A stretch of 64,000 bases of DNA from Massalongia carnosa (GCA_965645245.1 OZ287070.1:2542001-2606000), one strand, 5' to 3'; shown: positions 37,149-51,028, counted from the first letter of the stretch. The notes: generated from the sequence alone by a model not told the origin. Made by a program: numbers and translations.

Positions 37149-40100
37149 TGTCAGGGGAGGGCTGGAGAAATACAAGACTCTATCTTGCAGAACGGATATC
37201 TAGATATGCTAAAACTAGAAGTTGAGAATAATACACAAGACGTCCGATGAAGAGCTCTAAACACCTGGGAAGCCACATAGACTTTATAGCCATGGATTTC
37301 AACTCTCCTATTCTCGACTTGCCCCATCTCTGTTCCTATACTAATTTCCTTAACATGATTGCTTTGACCTATCCCGCCTTTATCTGTGCTGAAGCACTCT
37401 CAGCCATAAGCCTGGATAGTGGAGACGTTGAGATTGGATACGGATTGTAGGAGATTGATAGTGCGCTGAGGGCGGCAGAAGAACGCCTGAGCACGATGGG
37501 TGAGGTTTCACAGCAATGGGCCCTGTTAAATACTAACCCGATCAGGACAAGCGGGAGGGTGCGAAGCGATTCCGTGACAGTAGCTCCCCTCTTCAAGAAC
37601 GAGCTCCTGCGAGTTGACTAAATTTCTTGGCAACGACAGCGGGGAGTTGTACATGGGGTGATGTGTGGTCCGGCGGCGGCAGGGCAAGCAGAATGAAAGT
37701 CGTCTAAGGCTTGCTGACAATTAGTTAGGAAGTTGAATGGTTCCCAAGTAGGGGTATGTCCTTCCCAATTGACGAAATACTGCAACAGAGGCGGCTGATA
37801 ACGGCGATCGTATTTTGAGTTCAGAATGCTGTTTACATACCATTCCCGTTGCCCGTCTTCTGCGATAACAGGATCACGCGGTGCTGGGTGTTGACCGGGC
37901 AAAGGGTCTGCAGGGTCGTGTTGCAAGAGATTGACATGGAAAACAGGATGAATCTTGACAGTCTCTGGGAGTTCCAACTGTACGATTAAAGGATTGTTTG
38001 GGAAGACACGATTCACCCGATATGGTCCTATATTTCTGTCGTCCAATTTCATCGTAGATCTGGCAGTCTGGATATTCTTTGTGTTTAACCAGACCATATC
38101 TCCGACAGAATAACGAGGGCAGGGACGACGATTTGCGTTGGCGTTGGATTTATATATGGCTTGGGCAATTAGCATTTCGTCACGCAGGTGAGAATCTAAT
38201 TTCTGCATCCTGTCAGCGAATTATCAGCAGCAATCAGATTTGCCCGGGCCTGGGTCGATATATTTCTGGTAGAGGTTCTGCAGGTTCAAAGCCCATGCGG
38301 GGGTGTTGCCCTGAATTTGCTAAAAATGGCGATGCCAGAGTGCTAGATGAATCAGTGTTATTGGCAGCGAATTCAGCGCCAGGGAGAAATTCGACCCAAT
38401 CATCCTGCATATAATTCACATAAGCCCTAAGGTAATGCTCCATTGACGCATTTGCTCTTTCCGTTTGACCATCTGTTTCAGGATGATAACTGGTTGATAA
38501 ACGAGCATCAATCTTTAGTCGTTTGCACAATGTTTGCCAGAAGTCCGATACGAATTGGGATCCACGATCAGATACTAGAACATCTGGCAGGCCATGGTGT
38601 TTCCATACATACCAATAGAAAGCTGTTGCGGCTTCTTCGAATTCCATCGTTATGGTAGGTGCGTAATGCTTTTGTTTGGATAATCGATCAACGAATACGA
38701 GAATGTAGCGATAGGTGACTCCCATAAAGGTACTTACGGGGAGAGGACCGACGTAATCCATGGATACGTCGCGCCAGCGGCGTTCTGGCGGAGGCAACGG
38801 TCGCAACCATCCTTGATATCTTTCCCGCGATGGTTTAGACCGTTTACACACATGGCAGTTTCGCACGAATTGCTGAATGGTCTTATGCATACTGGGCCAC
38901 CAATAGGAGCGGTCGATAATCTCGAAGCATTTCGCACGTCCTGGATGGCCACCTACCACACTATCGTGGGCTAATTGCAGAATCCTGAGTCTCAATCTGT
39001 CTGATTTTGGTACATATCGTCGATTTCGGAAGTAAAGAACACTATCCCTGTCTTCGCATTCAGCCAACTGAATTCCGCTGTGATATCTGGTTCCGTTTTG
39101 CAGCATTACTAGAATTTTCGGGGCAAAGCGATCTCTTTGAATGGCTTGATTCCAAAGCTCGTCGGTAGGGATATCCATCGGGTCATTGTCAGAGGCGATC
39201 TGATCTGAATCTGGATCGAGTTGAGGTTCGTCAGTATGATTATCATCTTCGTTGCCTAGATTTTCGGATTCATCGAGTTCGTGTTCCTGTTCTAAAAACG
39301 CAGGTGCTAGCCTTATGACTTCTTGTTCTAGGAAAGCGGGTGCTAATCTTATAGCAGGGCATAAATTCAGGTCTCGGGCAACTCCTTCATCTATATTATG
39401 CGATTTGATGACAGTTTGATGTTGAAATTGTCGGCGTTCTGTCATGGAGTGACTGGGCACCTGCCAGTTACACAGTAGTTCATTGAATCAACCTTAGCTC
39501 ATTGAACCAACCTTAGCTGCTTGAACGAAGCAATAGCCGGCTAGCCGATCCGAAAGGAACTAAGCTTAATCCGGTCCAGTCAGGGCAAAGGTAAGTGTTC
39601 CGACTGTCAATAGTGTCATGGCGATAGTTTCATGCCGACTTGGGGGAATTGGATCAACGGCTGGATTGGGACTGGTTCCGTTCGCCAGAGTCTTATACTC
39701 GCCCACGTTGGATTTTCTGTTTCTTTTCTCCTTGTCGAACGTCTTGTCCACCTAGCTAGACAATCAAGTAATACGTTTGCACCATCTGAATTTCTACCTG
39801 ACCTCGCACCGTGACAGGTTCGTCTGTTTCATCCCTTCTTTAGGGAGATCTCCTGATCTCCTTGTTAGGGCGTCTGGTTTCCCACCTGCTTTTCCAGGGC
39901 GATAGATTATTTTATAATCAAATCGGGATAAGAACTCGCTCCAGCGGGCTTGACGGCGTCTCAACTGCTTGGAAGACGTGAAATATTCTAGATTTTTGTG
40001 ATCTGTGATTACATTGATTGGGTGAGCGGAACCCTCCAACCCGGGTCTCCATTCTTCGAAAGCCCGAACGATTGCCATTAACTCCTTATCATAGATTTCA

Positions 40101-43100
40101 TAATTACATTCCGCCGGATTGTGTTTCTTGGAAAAGTAACCAATAGGTCTTAGAACACTGTTCTTGTCATATTGCGAAAGAATTCCGGCGGATATATAAT
40201 CAGAGGCGTCTGTCTCCACGATAATTGGCTTGTCTGGATCGAAGTGCAATAAGACTACGTCTGAGGTGAAGGTTCTCTTCATAGTGTCGAAAGCTTGCTG
40301 ACATTTATCAGTCCATAAAAATTTCACGTCTTTTCGTGTGAGGTTGGTTAATGGGCCAGCAATCATGCTAAACCTCAGAATGAATCGTCTGTAAAAGTTC
40401 GCAAACCCTAAGAAGCTCTGTACGTCTTTCACGTTTTGGGGAGTGGGCCAATTAATAACAGTTTCGACTTTGGTAGGGTCCATTTTTATCCCCTCTGTGG
40501 TCACGATTAGACCTAGATATGAGACTTCTTTCACTTGAAATGTGCATTTAGTGATGTCTGTTTGAAGGCCTGCCTCACGCAGTTTGATCAGAATTCTTTT
40601 GATGTGAATCTCGTGCTCTGATTCAACGTCACTATATATCAGAATGTCATCCAAATATGCGGTGCAAAAGTCGTCCAGATACTCTCGCAGAGTATCGTTG
40701 ATAAAGTGCTGAAAAGAGGCGGGTCCATTACACAACCCGAAAGGCATTACCAGGTACTCAAATAGACCAAATCTTGTGCGGAATGCGGTGAGTTCTTCGT
40801 CGCCTTCCTTTATACGTAGGCGATTAAAGGCTGCTATTATATCTAATTTAGTAAATATTTTAGCTCTGGAAAAACGATTCAAGGTCTCGGCTATCAATGG
40901 CAACGGATATCTATTCTTGATAGTGACGGCATTCAGGCCTCTGTAATCAACACAGAAGCGAAGGCCCCCTCCGGGCTTTTTCACGAACATGACAGGAGAC
41001 GCCGCATGCGAACGGCTGGCACGAATGAACCCCTTGGCCAAATTATCGTCTAAATACCGACGGAGTTCTTCTATTTCGTCGCGGCTCATGCCGTATAACG
41101 CTTGATTTGGAGGTTGGAAGCCATCTTTCAAATTGATGGCATGGTCGTAGGGTCGGCGCTCTGGAAGCACTTCAGATTCTTTTCTAGAAAAAACGTCTAG
41201 GAATTCGTGATATTGTTTCGGTAAGATGGTGCTCGGGTCAACGTTCTTTCGTTCCCGAATGGCTTCAAGCTCTTCTTGAGTTACGGATGTTTCTAAGGTT
41301 AGCTCCTTATTCATTTTGCAGATGGTCATATGCATATCCTTATTGCTAGGGCAGGCCTTCGGATTCAATGGTGGAAAGGCCTGCATCGCTATTAGGCTAA
41401 TGGATGAGCTAGGGTCGGAATGACTGGGACTGGGACTGGGAGGTGCTTTAATTCCTAAAAAGCGATCGATTTCATGAAGTGAGATACTAAATATCTCGTG
41501 ATTTTTCTTTCTAGCAAGGCGATCGAAAGTTACTGCGCTGACTTCGCAAATTTGTGACGAATTGCTGCAGGATTTCTGAGTTGAGTTGATTTTCTGAACT
41601 GAGCTGGATATCTGAGTCTGATTGGGTTTCTGGATTGGACTGAGTGTCCGAACTGATTGGGGTCTGACACGTACATAGCTTTGTGATCGTGGTCTAATTT
41701 TCGGAGTTGTGCCTCTCTAAATGGCGGTGAGTATTCGGCTTAGGCCATCTTCTTTTTGATATTCAAAGATGGAGAGCTCGGGTTGACTGGTCTGCAGAGC
41801 TGTTTCTTCTGATTGCCATACCTTCTGACTTTCGGCAGGCATAAGGAATTCTTCTTCTTTCGTGGTGGCTGAGTGCACTATTATAGGTGAAGGGTAGTGT
41901 GCAAGGCAAAAGGGGGACGATAGGGACAAGGTGTTGTTGGAAAAGTTTGTAATGACTCCGTGTCTGCGAAGCCATGGGTGGCCCAAAACAATGGGGTAAT
42001 GTCTTAATCCTGTTACATAAAGAAAGAGCTTTTCTACATGCCCATTTAGGTCCATGGTAACTTCGGCGATGTGAGTTATGTTGCCAGTCAATGCTGGCTG
42101 GCCATCGAAGCCGGAAAGTCGTCTAGGATATTTCAATTGGTGTAAGGGGAAGTTATGAAACGCGCGAAATCTTGATCAATAAAAGAATATCCAGATGCAC
42201 TACTTTCCACAAGAATCAAAGCTTTTATTTTGTTTTGAAAACGACGTAATATACAAGAGATAGCCATATGACTATCTCTAAATGTCTCATCAGTTTCAAA
42301 AAGAGTAAGAGCAGACGCCGCCGAAAAACGATTGCTAGACATGAGCGGCGGTGTAAACGATGTGGACAGCAGGCAAGAAGAAATCAAGAAATCTGGTTGT
42401 CCTTGCGCGCGACTATGCGCAGAGACTAAGCCTTTTCCACCTCCTGGGCCTTCGATATCTGTGACGTTGATATCGGCGTTGATTGTGCATTTGATGATCC
42501 CTCATATAGGACAAGGGAGCGAACCGCGGTTGTCTTTCGATTCGGGCAGTCACCAATGGTACCCGGATGTTGACGTCGACAATAGAAGCATAGCTTTCAG
42601 TCATCACAGATCTTACGGACTCCTGGATCCGTCAACTTATGGCCTCGAACGGCGGCCATTGCTGAACTCAGATCCATGGGATCGCCGCCGGCAGCGGCGA
42701 CAGGGGCAGCAGGTGTGGTGACGGCCGGGGTGATGCGTGTGGTCATGTTGGAGGTGCTGGTCGTGGCAGGTGCGTTTCCTCGTCTAGTGGTCGGAGGATT
42801 GCTGGCATTGGCAGCAGGGGTGGTGCGAGAACGGCGATATTTTAACTGACTTAGGTGCCAGTCGGTGTCGGACCACATCTGCACATGATCGTTAAACGTA
42901 ACGGGCCTGGACCCATCTGTTTTTCGCCACGAGATTGCGGCTGCCTGTGTGGCGTAGTTGACATTTGATCGCATGGCGTCGATTAGAGAGGCATCTTCCA
43001 TTCCCGATCGTTCTTTCTTCTGTGTGAAGAGGTTATAGTATTCTTTGAAACTTAGCGTACCCTGTTTGAGGGTGTCACGAAGATAGGTGCGTGCGTCTTC

Positions 43101-43680
43101 TTCTTCAAAGCGATTGCCACATGCCTGGCGCAATTTCATTCGCCAATCTTTTAGACTTGTCAGCGCGCACAAGCCATCCGTTCTATACCTGTTCATCAAG
43201 TTGTGTGCTTTTTTTCCGATGGTAAGTCGGGATTCGGCATAAGTTATCTTTTCGTTCTCTGTAGGATAGCGGTCATGGTTCACATGCATCCTCTGTATCA
43301 GGCTCTGTTCCCATGAATCGAGATTTTCCATGTTGCCGTCGTATTCGGCAATGTCCGGCAGCTTTTCTGACTTGGCCGGTTTGTCTGTGGAAAGGTTCTT
43401 GGACATAGCAGCTGTTACGGCGGCCACGATCGAAGTAAGGAACTCGGGACTGAGAGAGGAAGAAGGGGAAGACGTGGAAGGTGGTGTAACGATGGTGGAG
43501 GCTTGTCGTGCTTGAGCTTCCTGTTCCAATTTCGCTATTTGGTTTTGCAATCTCTCCATTTCTTGGAGGAATGGAAGGGGGTTGGCCTGCACGTAGGCAA
43601 GCTGTGCATCTGTGCTTCCAATGGGCTGCTCGGGCATAAGTTGTCCTTGATCTTGCTTTGACATGACTGATTATCTATAG
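37149..43680 (-). mobile_element. Ty3/gypsy chromovirus retrotransposon, degenerate, 5' LTR missing
   Basis: gag 42597-43664, protease remnant about 41900-42250, RT/RNaseH 39817-41386 (YLDDILI, TDASD), integrase 38234-39439 (HPG..C..C, SDRGSQF, GQTER), chromodomain 37618-38208. PPT GAAGAGGGGAG and 3' LTR 37149-37579 (TGTCA..TGACA). Confidence 0.93.
39440..39816. mobile_element. Solo LTR, 377 bp, inside gypsy pol
   Basis: TGTCA...TGACA ends with TSD CGTTC/GGTTC (1 mismatch). Excision restores DETDERRQFQHQ. Confidence 0.8.
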
Positions 43681-45333
43681 GTAAAAAATGAAAAGAGAAA
43701 GGAAGAATAGTGCTTTGAAAAGCAGTTCATAATGAATTAATTGAGTTGATAATGCAGATAGAAGAGGGAGAAATGTAAAAAATTTTGATGTACCGGAGTC
43801 CACGGATTTAATGCGGGTGCTTACTAACTAGCGTGTTGCAAATGGGGGTGCGTTGCAAATGGGGGTGAATACGAGTAAGTGAACAGTTTGGTCAAACAGT
43901 CTTTCTGCCCTTTGTCCCTTTCATCCATTTGTGTTTGCTTTAGAAGGTCGTTCCGATGCGTCCCTTTCAGTCCTTTCAGACCTCCGTTGATTGCCCCTAT
44001 GATTGCTTGATGGTGACCGGCCACCTACGGTTTCCGTGGATGGAAATAAGGTTTAGCGTCCCGGAGCTTTCGGTTGAACCGTGACATCACCAGCACCACG
44101 GTGGCGCAGGTTGACAAGCCTTTCCACGTCATGGCGGTAACACCGAGCTTTGCGCATCGGGCCTGCAATTGATTCTGCAGAACGACGGTCGGCACCACGC
44201 CGATTGTGACTTGATCCATTTGAGCATGAGCAGCCAACATGATGATTTCGATCTTTCCTGATCCCATGGACAGCACCACAATATGGTTCGCGCTGTTGCT
44301 CTGAATGTCATGAAGCACGCGATCCTGATGTGGCCGAAACGTCCCGCCCGGATGAATGAGTTGCAAAGCGGCCAAGAATGTAGATCTCGACGATGCCACC
44401 GAAAGCGATCGGAGGTCCGAGGTTGTGCACTCGCTCAGAGCGCGTTTGATCACTGACGAAGTGACCGCCGAAGGCGAAACCGCTCGACTACGACGAGCAC
44501 CCATCGACTTGAGGATTGACCTTAGTCGCTCTATCCCATAGTTATCCTTAATTCCACTGTAGGTATGGTGGAATATAATTGTTAGAGACCAGATTTACTT
44601 AAGCGGCGTACATGTCATCTGAAGGGGTACGATAGAATAACATTCAAGGGTAGGGTGCCATTTCGCGTCCTGAGCCGATTTACTTGATTCGAGCGGCCAG
44701 TAATAACCCGGATTCGAAATATTAATATGTGTCAAAAGGAAAAAAATTCGATCTTATTGTGATTTTATAAAAATCGCGGCGCAAAGAGTGTTTGAAGTGG
44801 TTTTTGTTACAGCGGTACTCAGTACTGCTAGCCAGCGGGCGCAATACATGAGCGCCTAAGTAGGTACGGTGACGTACCAGCTTGCTTAAAAGGATGTCCA
44901 TTGAGACATGCGAGCAAGCTCGTCTATACAGCTAATCTAGACTAGTCTCAATCTGGACCTGCTCCTATCATGGAATCAAAGAGTTACCCGGTTAAGCCGG
45001 ACTTATCACGGAGATAAGCAAGTGTTAAACTACGAAAGCATGCTATGTTATATTACCGTGACAATCGATTCACATCATCAAGTCACATCTATTAATTAGT
45101 TCCTTCCTCATTATAAGGCTGCAAGTTAGTGTATGTACCCCGTAGACAAGGGCTGATCCACAAGGCTAGTTATTATGCTTGAGAGTTACTCGTATCCTAA
45201 GTGCGCTTAGCCACTTTGGGGGGATGCGGCTGCTGTTGATTCGTGCGCCTGGTACAGAGCGATACAAGGGCACGGATATATAGAGGTGGCTACTTAAGAC
45301 ACTTTTGATCTTTTGATCTTTCAGGTCGCTACA

Positions 45334-48300
45334 ATGATGTGCAGCAGAGATACAGTCAAGGTCTCAGGTCTTAATATCTGGGCCAGTGGCGAGCAAGATG
45401 GTAATGGACCCGAAGTAGAGTAAGACAAACGATTCTTCATGAAGCCGCAGCATCACTGACAGGCGTTTAAGTGTTATTGCAGTTCAAGGTCTCGGTGCTC
45501 ATCCATATTACACATGGATTTCGAGGCCAAATTCTGCGAAGCAACCGAAGTCCAGAGAAGCTCATCGATTCAAGTTCTTAAAAAGCCGTGCTCAGACAGA
45601 CAAACTTTCCGATGTCGCTCAAACGACATCCGACACTGCTGAGGTGATGTGGCTTCGAGACTTATTGCCGAACTTCGCTTCAAATACTCGAGTTGCGACA
45701 TACAGTTACGAGTCAGACTGGCGAAAAGCAGACATCAAAACAAGTCTCCGCAGATGTGGGGAGCAGTTTCTTAATGTTCTTTATCAGAATCGGTTAAGTG
45801 AAAAGGTCAGTAAAGCGATCGCGGGAATTCTTCATTTTTTCTTATTAATAGTCTATATAGCAACGTCGTCGACCCTTAATTTTTATTGGACATAGCCTTG
45901 GAGGTTTAATTATTAAACAGGTCGGTCTGGCTTGACACTAAATTTTTTAAATTACTAAGGTCCTCTTTATAGGCTCTAGTATTAGCCAATCATAGCGAAT
46001 ATTTTAGAGATATTAAACTGTCCACGACTGGGATCATCTTTCTTGGAACACCACATCAAGGAAGTGACGCTGCAGTATATGGTACATGGCTTGCTCAAGC
46101 AGTAGGACATGATAAGACATTATTAGAGTCTTTGAAAACAAACAGCCCTACTCTTCATGATGTAGCGCGGGACTTCGAAACAAGTTACATCAAAGTTGAT
46201 GTCGTTTGTTTTTATGAAGACAAGAAAGGATCATACGGACCTTGGCAGACTCAGGTCTGATAATCTCTGTTTTCACGCTCAACTGGGATGAAAGCTTATG
46301 ACTCATAGCTCGTTGATTATCAATCAGCTTCTTTGCTTAGCAAGAGGATCATATATCTCAATACAAATCACTCGGGGTTGAATAAATTCAATGGCCCTGA
46401 AGATGAAAATTTTCTCTTGATAAAGCCAGAAGTTCAAAGAATGATTCAGAATGCGTCTCAAAGAGTCGAGGAACAGTATTACTGTATGATTTATATTCCT
46501 TACTCTAGATTTCATGTTGTTCAAGGCTTCTCTGACTTTTTGTCAGCACCTGTTGAAATCAGCGAAAAAAAATCGTTCCACGTTGAATTCAGTCTTCAGG
46601 GCATTCCTGTGATGAATTATTTTGTAGCCCGAGACGCAGAGATGACTCAATTGACTCAGAATTTACTTCCCACCACCGTAGACTCAATGCGTCGTAAAGT
46701 ATTCATTCTTCACGGACTTGGCGGGATTGGAAAGACTCAGCTCTCCGTTGAATTCGCTCGAAAATATCACAAGAACTACACCGCGGTCTTCTGGGTCGAC
46801 GGTTCGACTAAGGAGAGACTGAGGCGAAGCATTGCTGATCTTGCCGGTCGACTACCACAGCATCAGATATCTGAAAATAGCAGAAATTATTCACAAGAGA
46901 AAAGCATGAAGAACAACGCAGATGTGAATGAAATCGTTAAGGATGTGCTTAATTGGTTATCACAGTCATCAAATAATCAATGGCTGCTAATTTTTGACAA
47001 TGTGGATCGAGAGTTTTCCGTATCAATTGAAGATCCGAAAGCCTTCAATGTTCAAGATTTTTTCCCAACGGCAGATCAAGGATCTATCCTTATCACTTCT
47101 CGACTAGCCAGTTTATATCATTTAGGTACGGATATGAAAGTGAAACCGGTCAATCAATTGCAAGGAGAAAGTATTCTCGAGAAGTGTCTCGGGCAATCCA
47201 TGCAAGGTCAGTGCAATAAGAAGCATACTTGCTCGGGCATTATCTGACATTTGAGACTTATTAGATTTATTCAAGATTGTCAATCTGCTTCAAGGCCTTC
47301 CTCTGGCGATTAATCAAGCTGGTTCATACATGCGGAAAACAGGCACAAACGTGTCTGAGTACATAAAATCATATAATCACACATGGGAAAAATTAATGAA
47401 CAAGCAGCATCGCTCCACATTTCAAGCAGATACAGATCGCAGTGTTTTGACAACATGGATATTATCTTTCAATCACCTTCAGGCGCAAAGTGAGGACGCA
47501 GCGAAAATTTTAATGCTGTGGGCGTTTCTCGACAATCAAGATCTCTGGTACGAGCTTTTTGCGTCTGCGCTAGATCTTGATATTGTTGACAAGATGCCTG
47601 ATTGGTATATCAGATGTGCAGGTGATGAACTTGAATTCAAAGACTGCATAGGACTACTTTTGGAATATTCCTTTATCGATGCAAGAATTGAATCAAATTC
47701 CTTCTTTATGCATCCTGTGCTTCATCAATGGTCATTTCACGTATTTGAGAAAGAAAAGACTGATATGAGCTGGCTTGCCATGATTATTGTCGCATCCGCT
47801 GTACCTTTAGAGACTGTGCCTAACTATTCTTTCATATCGAGACGTCTTCTGCCACATTGCGACCGTGTTTTCCCATTACTGAAGCATCGCATACAAGAAA
47901 GCTTTGTTAACGAGATAGATCCTTTATCTCTTAGCTACGCATGTCATGAATTAGGTCGTCTGTACTCCGATCAAGGCAAAATGAAAGAAGCCGAAGAAAT
48001 GTATCTGCGGGCATTGAAAGGCTACGAAAAGGCCTGGGGCGTCGAGCACACGTCGACGCTCAACACCGTTAACAACTTAGGAAATCTGTACTTCAATCAA
48101 GGCAAAATGAAAGAAGCCGAAGAAATGTATCTGCGGGCATTGACAGGCTACGAAAAGGCCTGGGGCGTCGAGCACAAGTCGACGCTCGACACTGTCAACA
48201 ATTTAGGAATTCTGTACTCCAATCAAGGCAAAACGAAAGAAGCTGAAGAAATGTATCTGCGGGCACTGACAGGCAAGGAAAAGGCCTGGGGCGTCGAGCA

Positions 48301-49081
48301 CAGGTCGACGCTCGAAACTGTCAACAATTTAGGAACCCTGTACTCCAATCAAGGCAAAATGAAAGAAGCTGAAGAAATGTATCTGCGGGCACTGACAGGC
48401 AAGGAAAAGGCCTGGGGCGTCGAGCACTGGTCGACGCTCCGCACCGTCAACAATTTAGGAGCTCTGTACTCCGATCAAGGCAAAATGAAAGAAGCCGAAG
48501 AAATGTATCTGCGGGCATTGACAGGCTACGAAAAGGCCTGGGGCGTCGAGCACTGGTCGACGCTCAGCACCGTCTACAATTTAGGACTTCTGTACTCCAA
48601 TCAAGGAAAATGGAAAGAAGCCGAAGAAATGTATCTGCGGGCACTGATAGGCTTCGAAAAGGCCTGGAGCGTCGAGCACAGGTCGACGCTCGACACCGTT
48701 AACAACTTAGGAAATCTGTACTTCAATCAAGGCAAAATGAAAGAAGCCGAAGAAATGTACCTGCGGGCATTGATAGGCAAAGAAAAGGTCTGGGGACCTG
48801 AGCATAAATCGTCGTTAGACACAAGATATAATTTAGGAGTTTTGTACAAGGAAAGATCTATGTTTGAGGATGCGACACATCACTTCAAGCTTGTCGTACA
48901 AGGCTATACAAGTACACTAGAATCCGAACACTGGGAGACAGTTGATGCCCAGAATGAACTGAAAAGCTGCGACTCTGAACAGTTAAACAGCTTAACTGAT
49001 GCATCTGACACGGATCATGCCTCAAACTATACCGCAGAAAACGATCGACTAACTGAAACTTTGAGATGGAAATCATATTGA
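45334..49081 (+). CDS. Fungal NLR-like STAND protein: alpha/beta-hydrolase (SesB-like), NB-ARC, TPR; multi-exon
   Basis: VIAVQGLG, MWLRDLLP, FIGHSLGG, GIIFLGTPHQGS, HSGLNKF; P-loop GLGGIGKTQL, WLLIFDNVD, ILITSR, GLPLAINQAG, MHPVLH; then TPRs. Confidence 0.92.
47951..48832 (+). repeat. Seven highly conserved 126-bp tandem repeats encoding 42-aa TPR units
   Basis: CAAGGCAAAATGAAAGAAGCCGAAGAAATGTATCTGCGGGCA recurs with 126-bp period. Confidence 0.95.
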
Positions 49082-51028
49082 CGATATAGAGAGGCTGACC
49101 GAGACAATTGCGGTGTTTGAGCATTTCATTTAAAACTGGTTTCTTGTCATGAGTATGCATACATCAAAATGATTCAGCCAGGGTAGAAGATAATACCGGG
49201 ACATGAGAAGAGAGGTGTACATACGAGGAGGCTTTTTGATATTATTTTCTCTAACGTGCTCATTGATTCAGGTTTTAGTCTCAAAAGATCTTTTATCTAT
49301 ATATCACTACCGATGTACGACTTTTCATCTAAATATCATCTCATTATCATTATCTATTGTTTGCGGAAAATCAACGCTTAGCCTGCCTAATTCCTTTACT
49401 CAAGGCCTGATGACGCGGACATGCCTCTCGCCCTAGGCCTCCACGCCTCGCCCTATCTATATCTGTGGCTGAGATAGTTATCTGTTTCCCTGTTCTCGGT
49501 TATTCGCTTATCTCCCCATACAGTAAGTGAGTAAGTAGTAAACCCCAGTCACGAGTCGGCTGGCGGCCTGGTTCAAATGTAAAGCGACAACACTAGAATA
49601 TCGCTATTTATGCAGTGTCGACGCAGCCAAATGTAAGAATGTGATGAGTATGTAGTTCTATATAGAGACTGGATATTACATTACTTGTCATCTGACAGGA
49701 CGAGTCCCGCAGGGTGAAGCTGTATTTACAAATTATACTAAACTGGAGACCCTTGCTCAAGGAAACGGATTGTCACCGCTCAAGGCAGGAGACATTGCTT
49801 CGTTTTTTATTGCGGGCAAAGTTGAGAATCCCGATCATCGGAAATCAAGATTTCTGCGGGGTGAATGGCTATTGCATAGGATTCGTCATGAGAAATGTTC
49901 TTTCTAGATAAAGTATTGGGCATCTTTTATGAATTGTACAGATATTAAAGTCTAGATTATAGAGGAAGCATTGATTGGCATTTGTTTGGGTGAAAGGGCA
50001 AAACTCGCCATGTAAAAACGATCTTTATCGTCAAAGAGAAATTAGCAAATTAACTTTACAGCTCGCCTTGTCTCAATGAGAATGGAGAGTCATATCAATG
50101 GTAATATCTGTTAAGTGACTTCTTTATAGCTTAGGCTTATTGAAAGCTCGTAGCTTTTTGGAAGTGTGGGGTTGCAACAAAAACGATGTCCATGAGCGTA
50201 TGAAGAAAATGCGGCTTCAACAAAGTAACGCCATTATGGCAAGCTGTCAAAACATTAATATGGCTTCATGGGAAATGGTATTTCACAGAAGACTCAAGGT
50301 ATTACTTATTCCCAGCCTCATTCGCAATCGATTTCTCGGAGGAAATTCTAACTCTGTTACAAGAACCTTGACGGCTCCTATCACGTCCACCTGTATCGAA
50401 AGTAAAGGAGTACGGAAACACCGTAAAAAACTCAATCTCGTTACGCCAGGAACTCGAACGGGCGTATAAGACCATCGAATCTTTCCACAATCAGAATGTC
50501 GAATTTGAAGCACTGCTGGACAGTATGGCTAATGAGGTGAACGAGACAGACTCCATGGCAGAGGCCGATTATAGAAATATGATAGAAGGACTCGAGACGA
50601 GAATCGTGGCACTAAGGAAGAGGTTGAAAATGAGGAGGAACGTCGTGATGTGCTGCTCAAGGCTTCCGATCGCACTGTCGCCGCTGAGGAGAATCTGTAG
50701 GAGCTCGGGGGATGGATAGGATAGTTTCCACGGCCGTGGTGGAACAGACCACGCCTCTCATTGAGTCTGACAATTAGTGGAGCTCGGAAGCACAAGGCGC
50801 TCTAACCCATTTCTTTTTTTAGTTTTGTTTATTATGATGACACAAGCGTAGCGTTACTTGGGAGATAGGTTTCATGAAAACCGGATATACAAGGTGCGAG
50901 CGAAAACCCATACGTCGAGTGGTGTAGAAATCATGCGTTAAATTAACTCCCGCTGTTCAAATTAATATACTTCTCGCTCAGACCGTTTATAAAGTGAGTG
51001 AATCATGTTCGTTTTTCGTCACCGCAGA

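Larger units (their letters stand above)
35687..43875 (-). mobile_element. Degenerate pogo/Fot1-like DNA transposon interrupted by a Ty3/gypsy element
   Basis: TIRs CTCGTATTCACCCCCATT / AATGGGGGTGAATACGAG, each flanked by TA. Transposase remnant 36217-37148 (LQPLEVGVFHPL, NIQHAWSKSGLFPFN). Confidence 0.85.
35182..44086. mobile_element. Solo LTR-like element (about 0.7 kb: 35182-35686 plus 43876-44086) split by a pogo transposon
   Basis: TGTGACGG...CCGTGACA ends with perfect 5-bp TSD TCACC. Excision restores helicase motif VLVTPES. Confidence 0.8.
31001..44504 (-). pseudogene. Second RecQ-like helicase gene, shattered by insertions (pieces 44504-44087, 35181-35115, 35042-34716, 31928-31368, 31095-31001)
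   Basis: In order: FRPHQ, LSMGSGK, VVPTVVL, VLV|TPE, FDEAQ, IIIYV, YHDRM, TTALRQGMD, QQSGRLGR, CRL..C....CDNC. Confidence 0.85.

Noticed and set aside
47951..48832. Regular repeat array superficially like CRISPR
   Set aside because: In-frame 126-bp coding TPR units without unique spacers, in a eukaryotic gene.
49412..49592. LTR-like TG...CA segment downstream of the NLR
   Set aside because: The flanks do not form a TSD and there is no second copy in the window.
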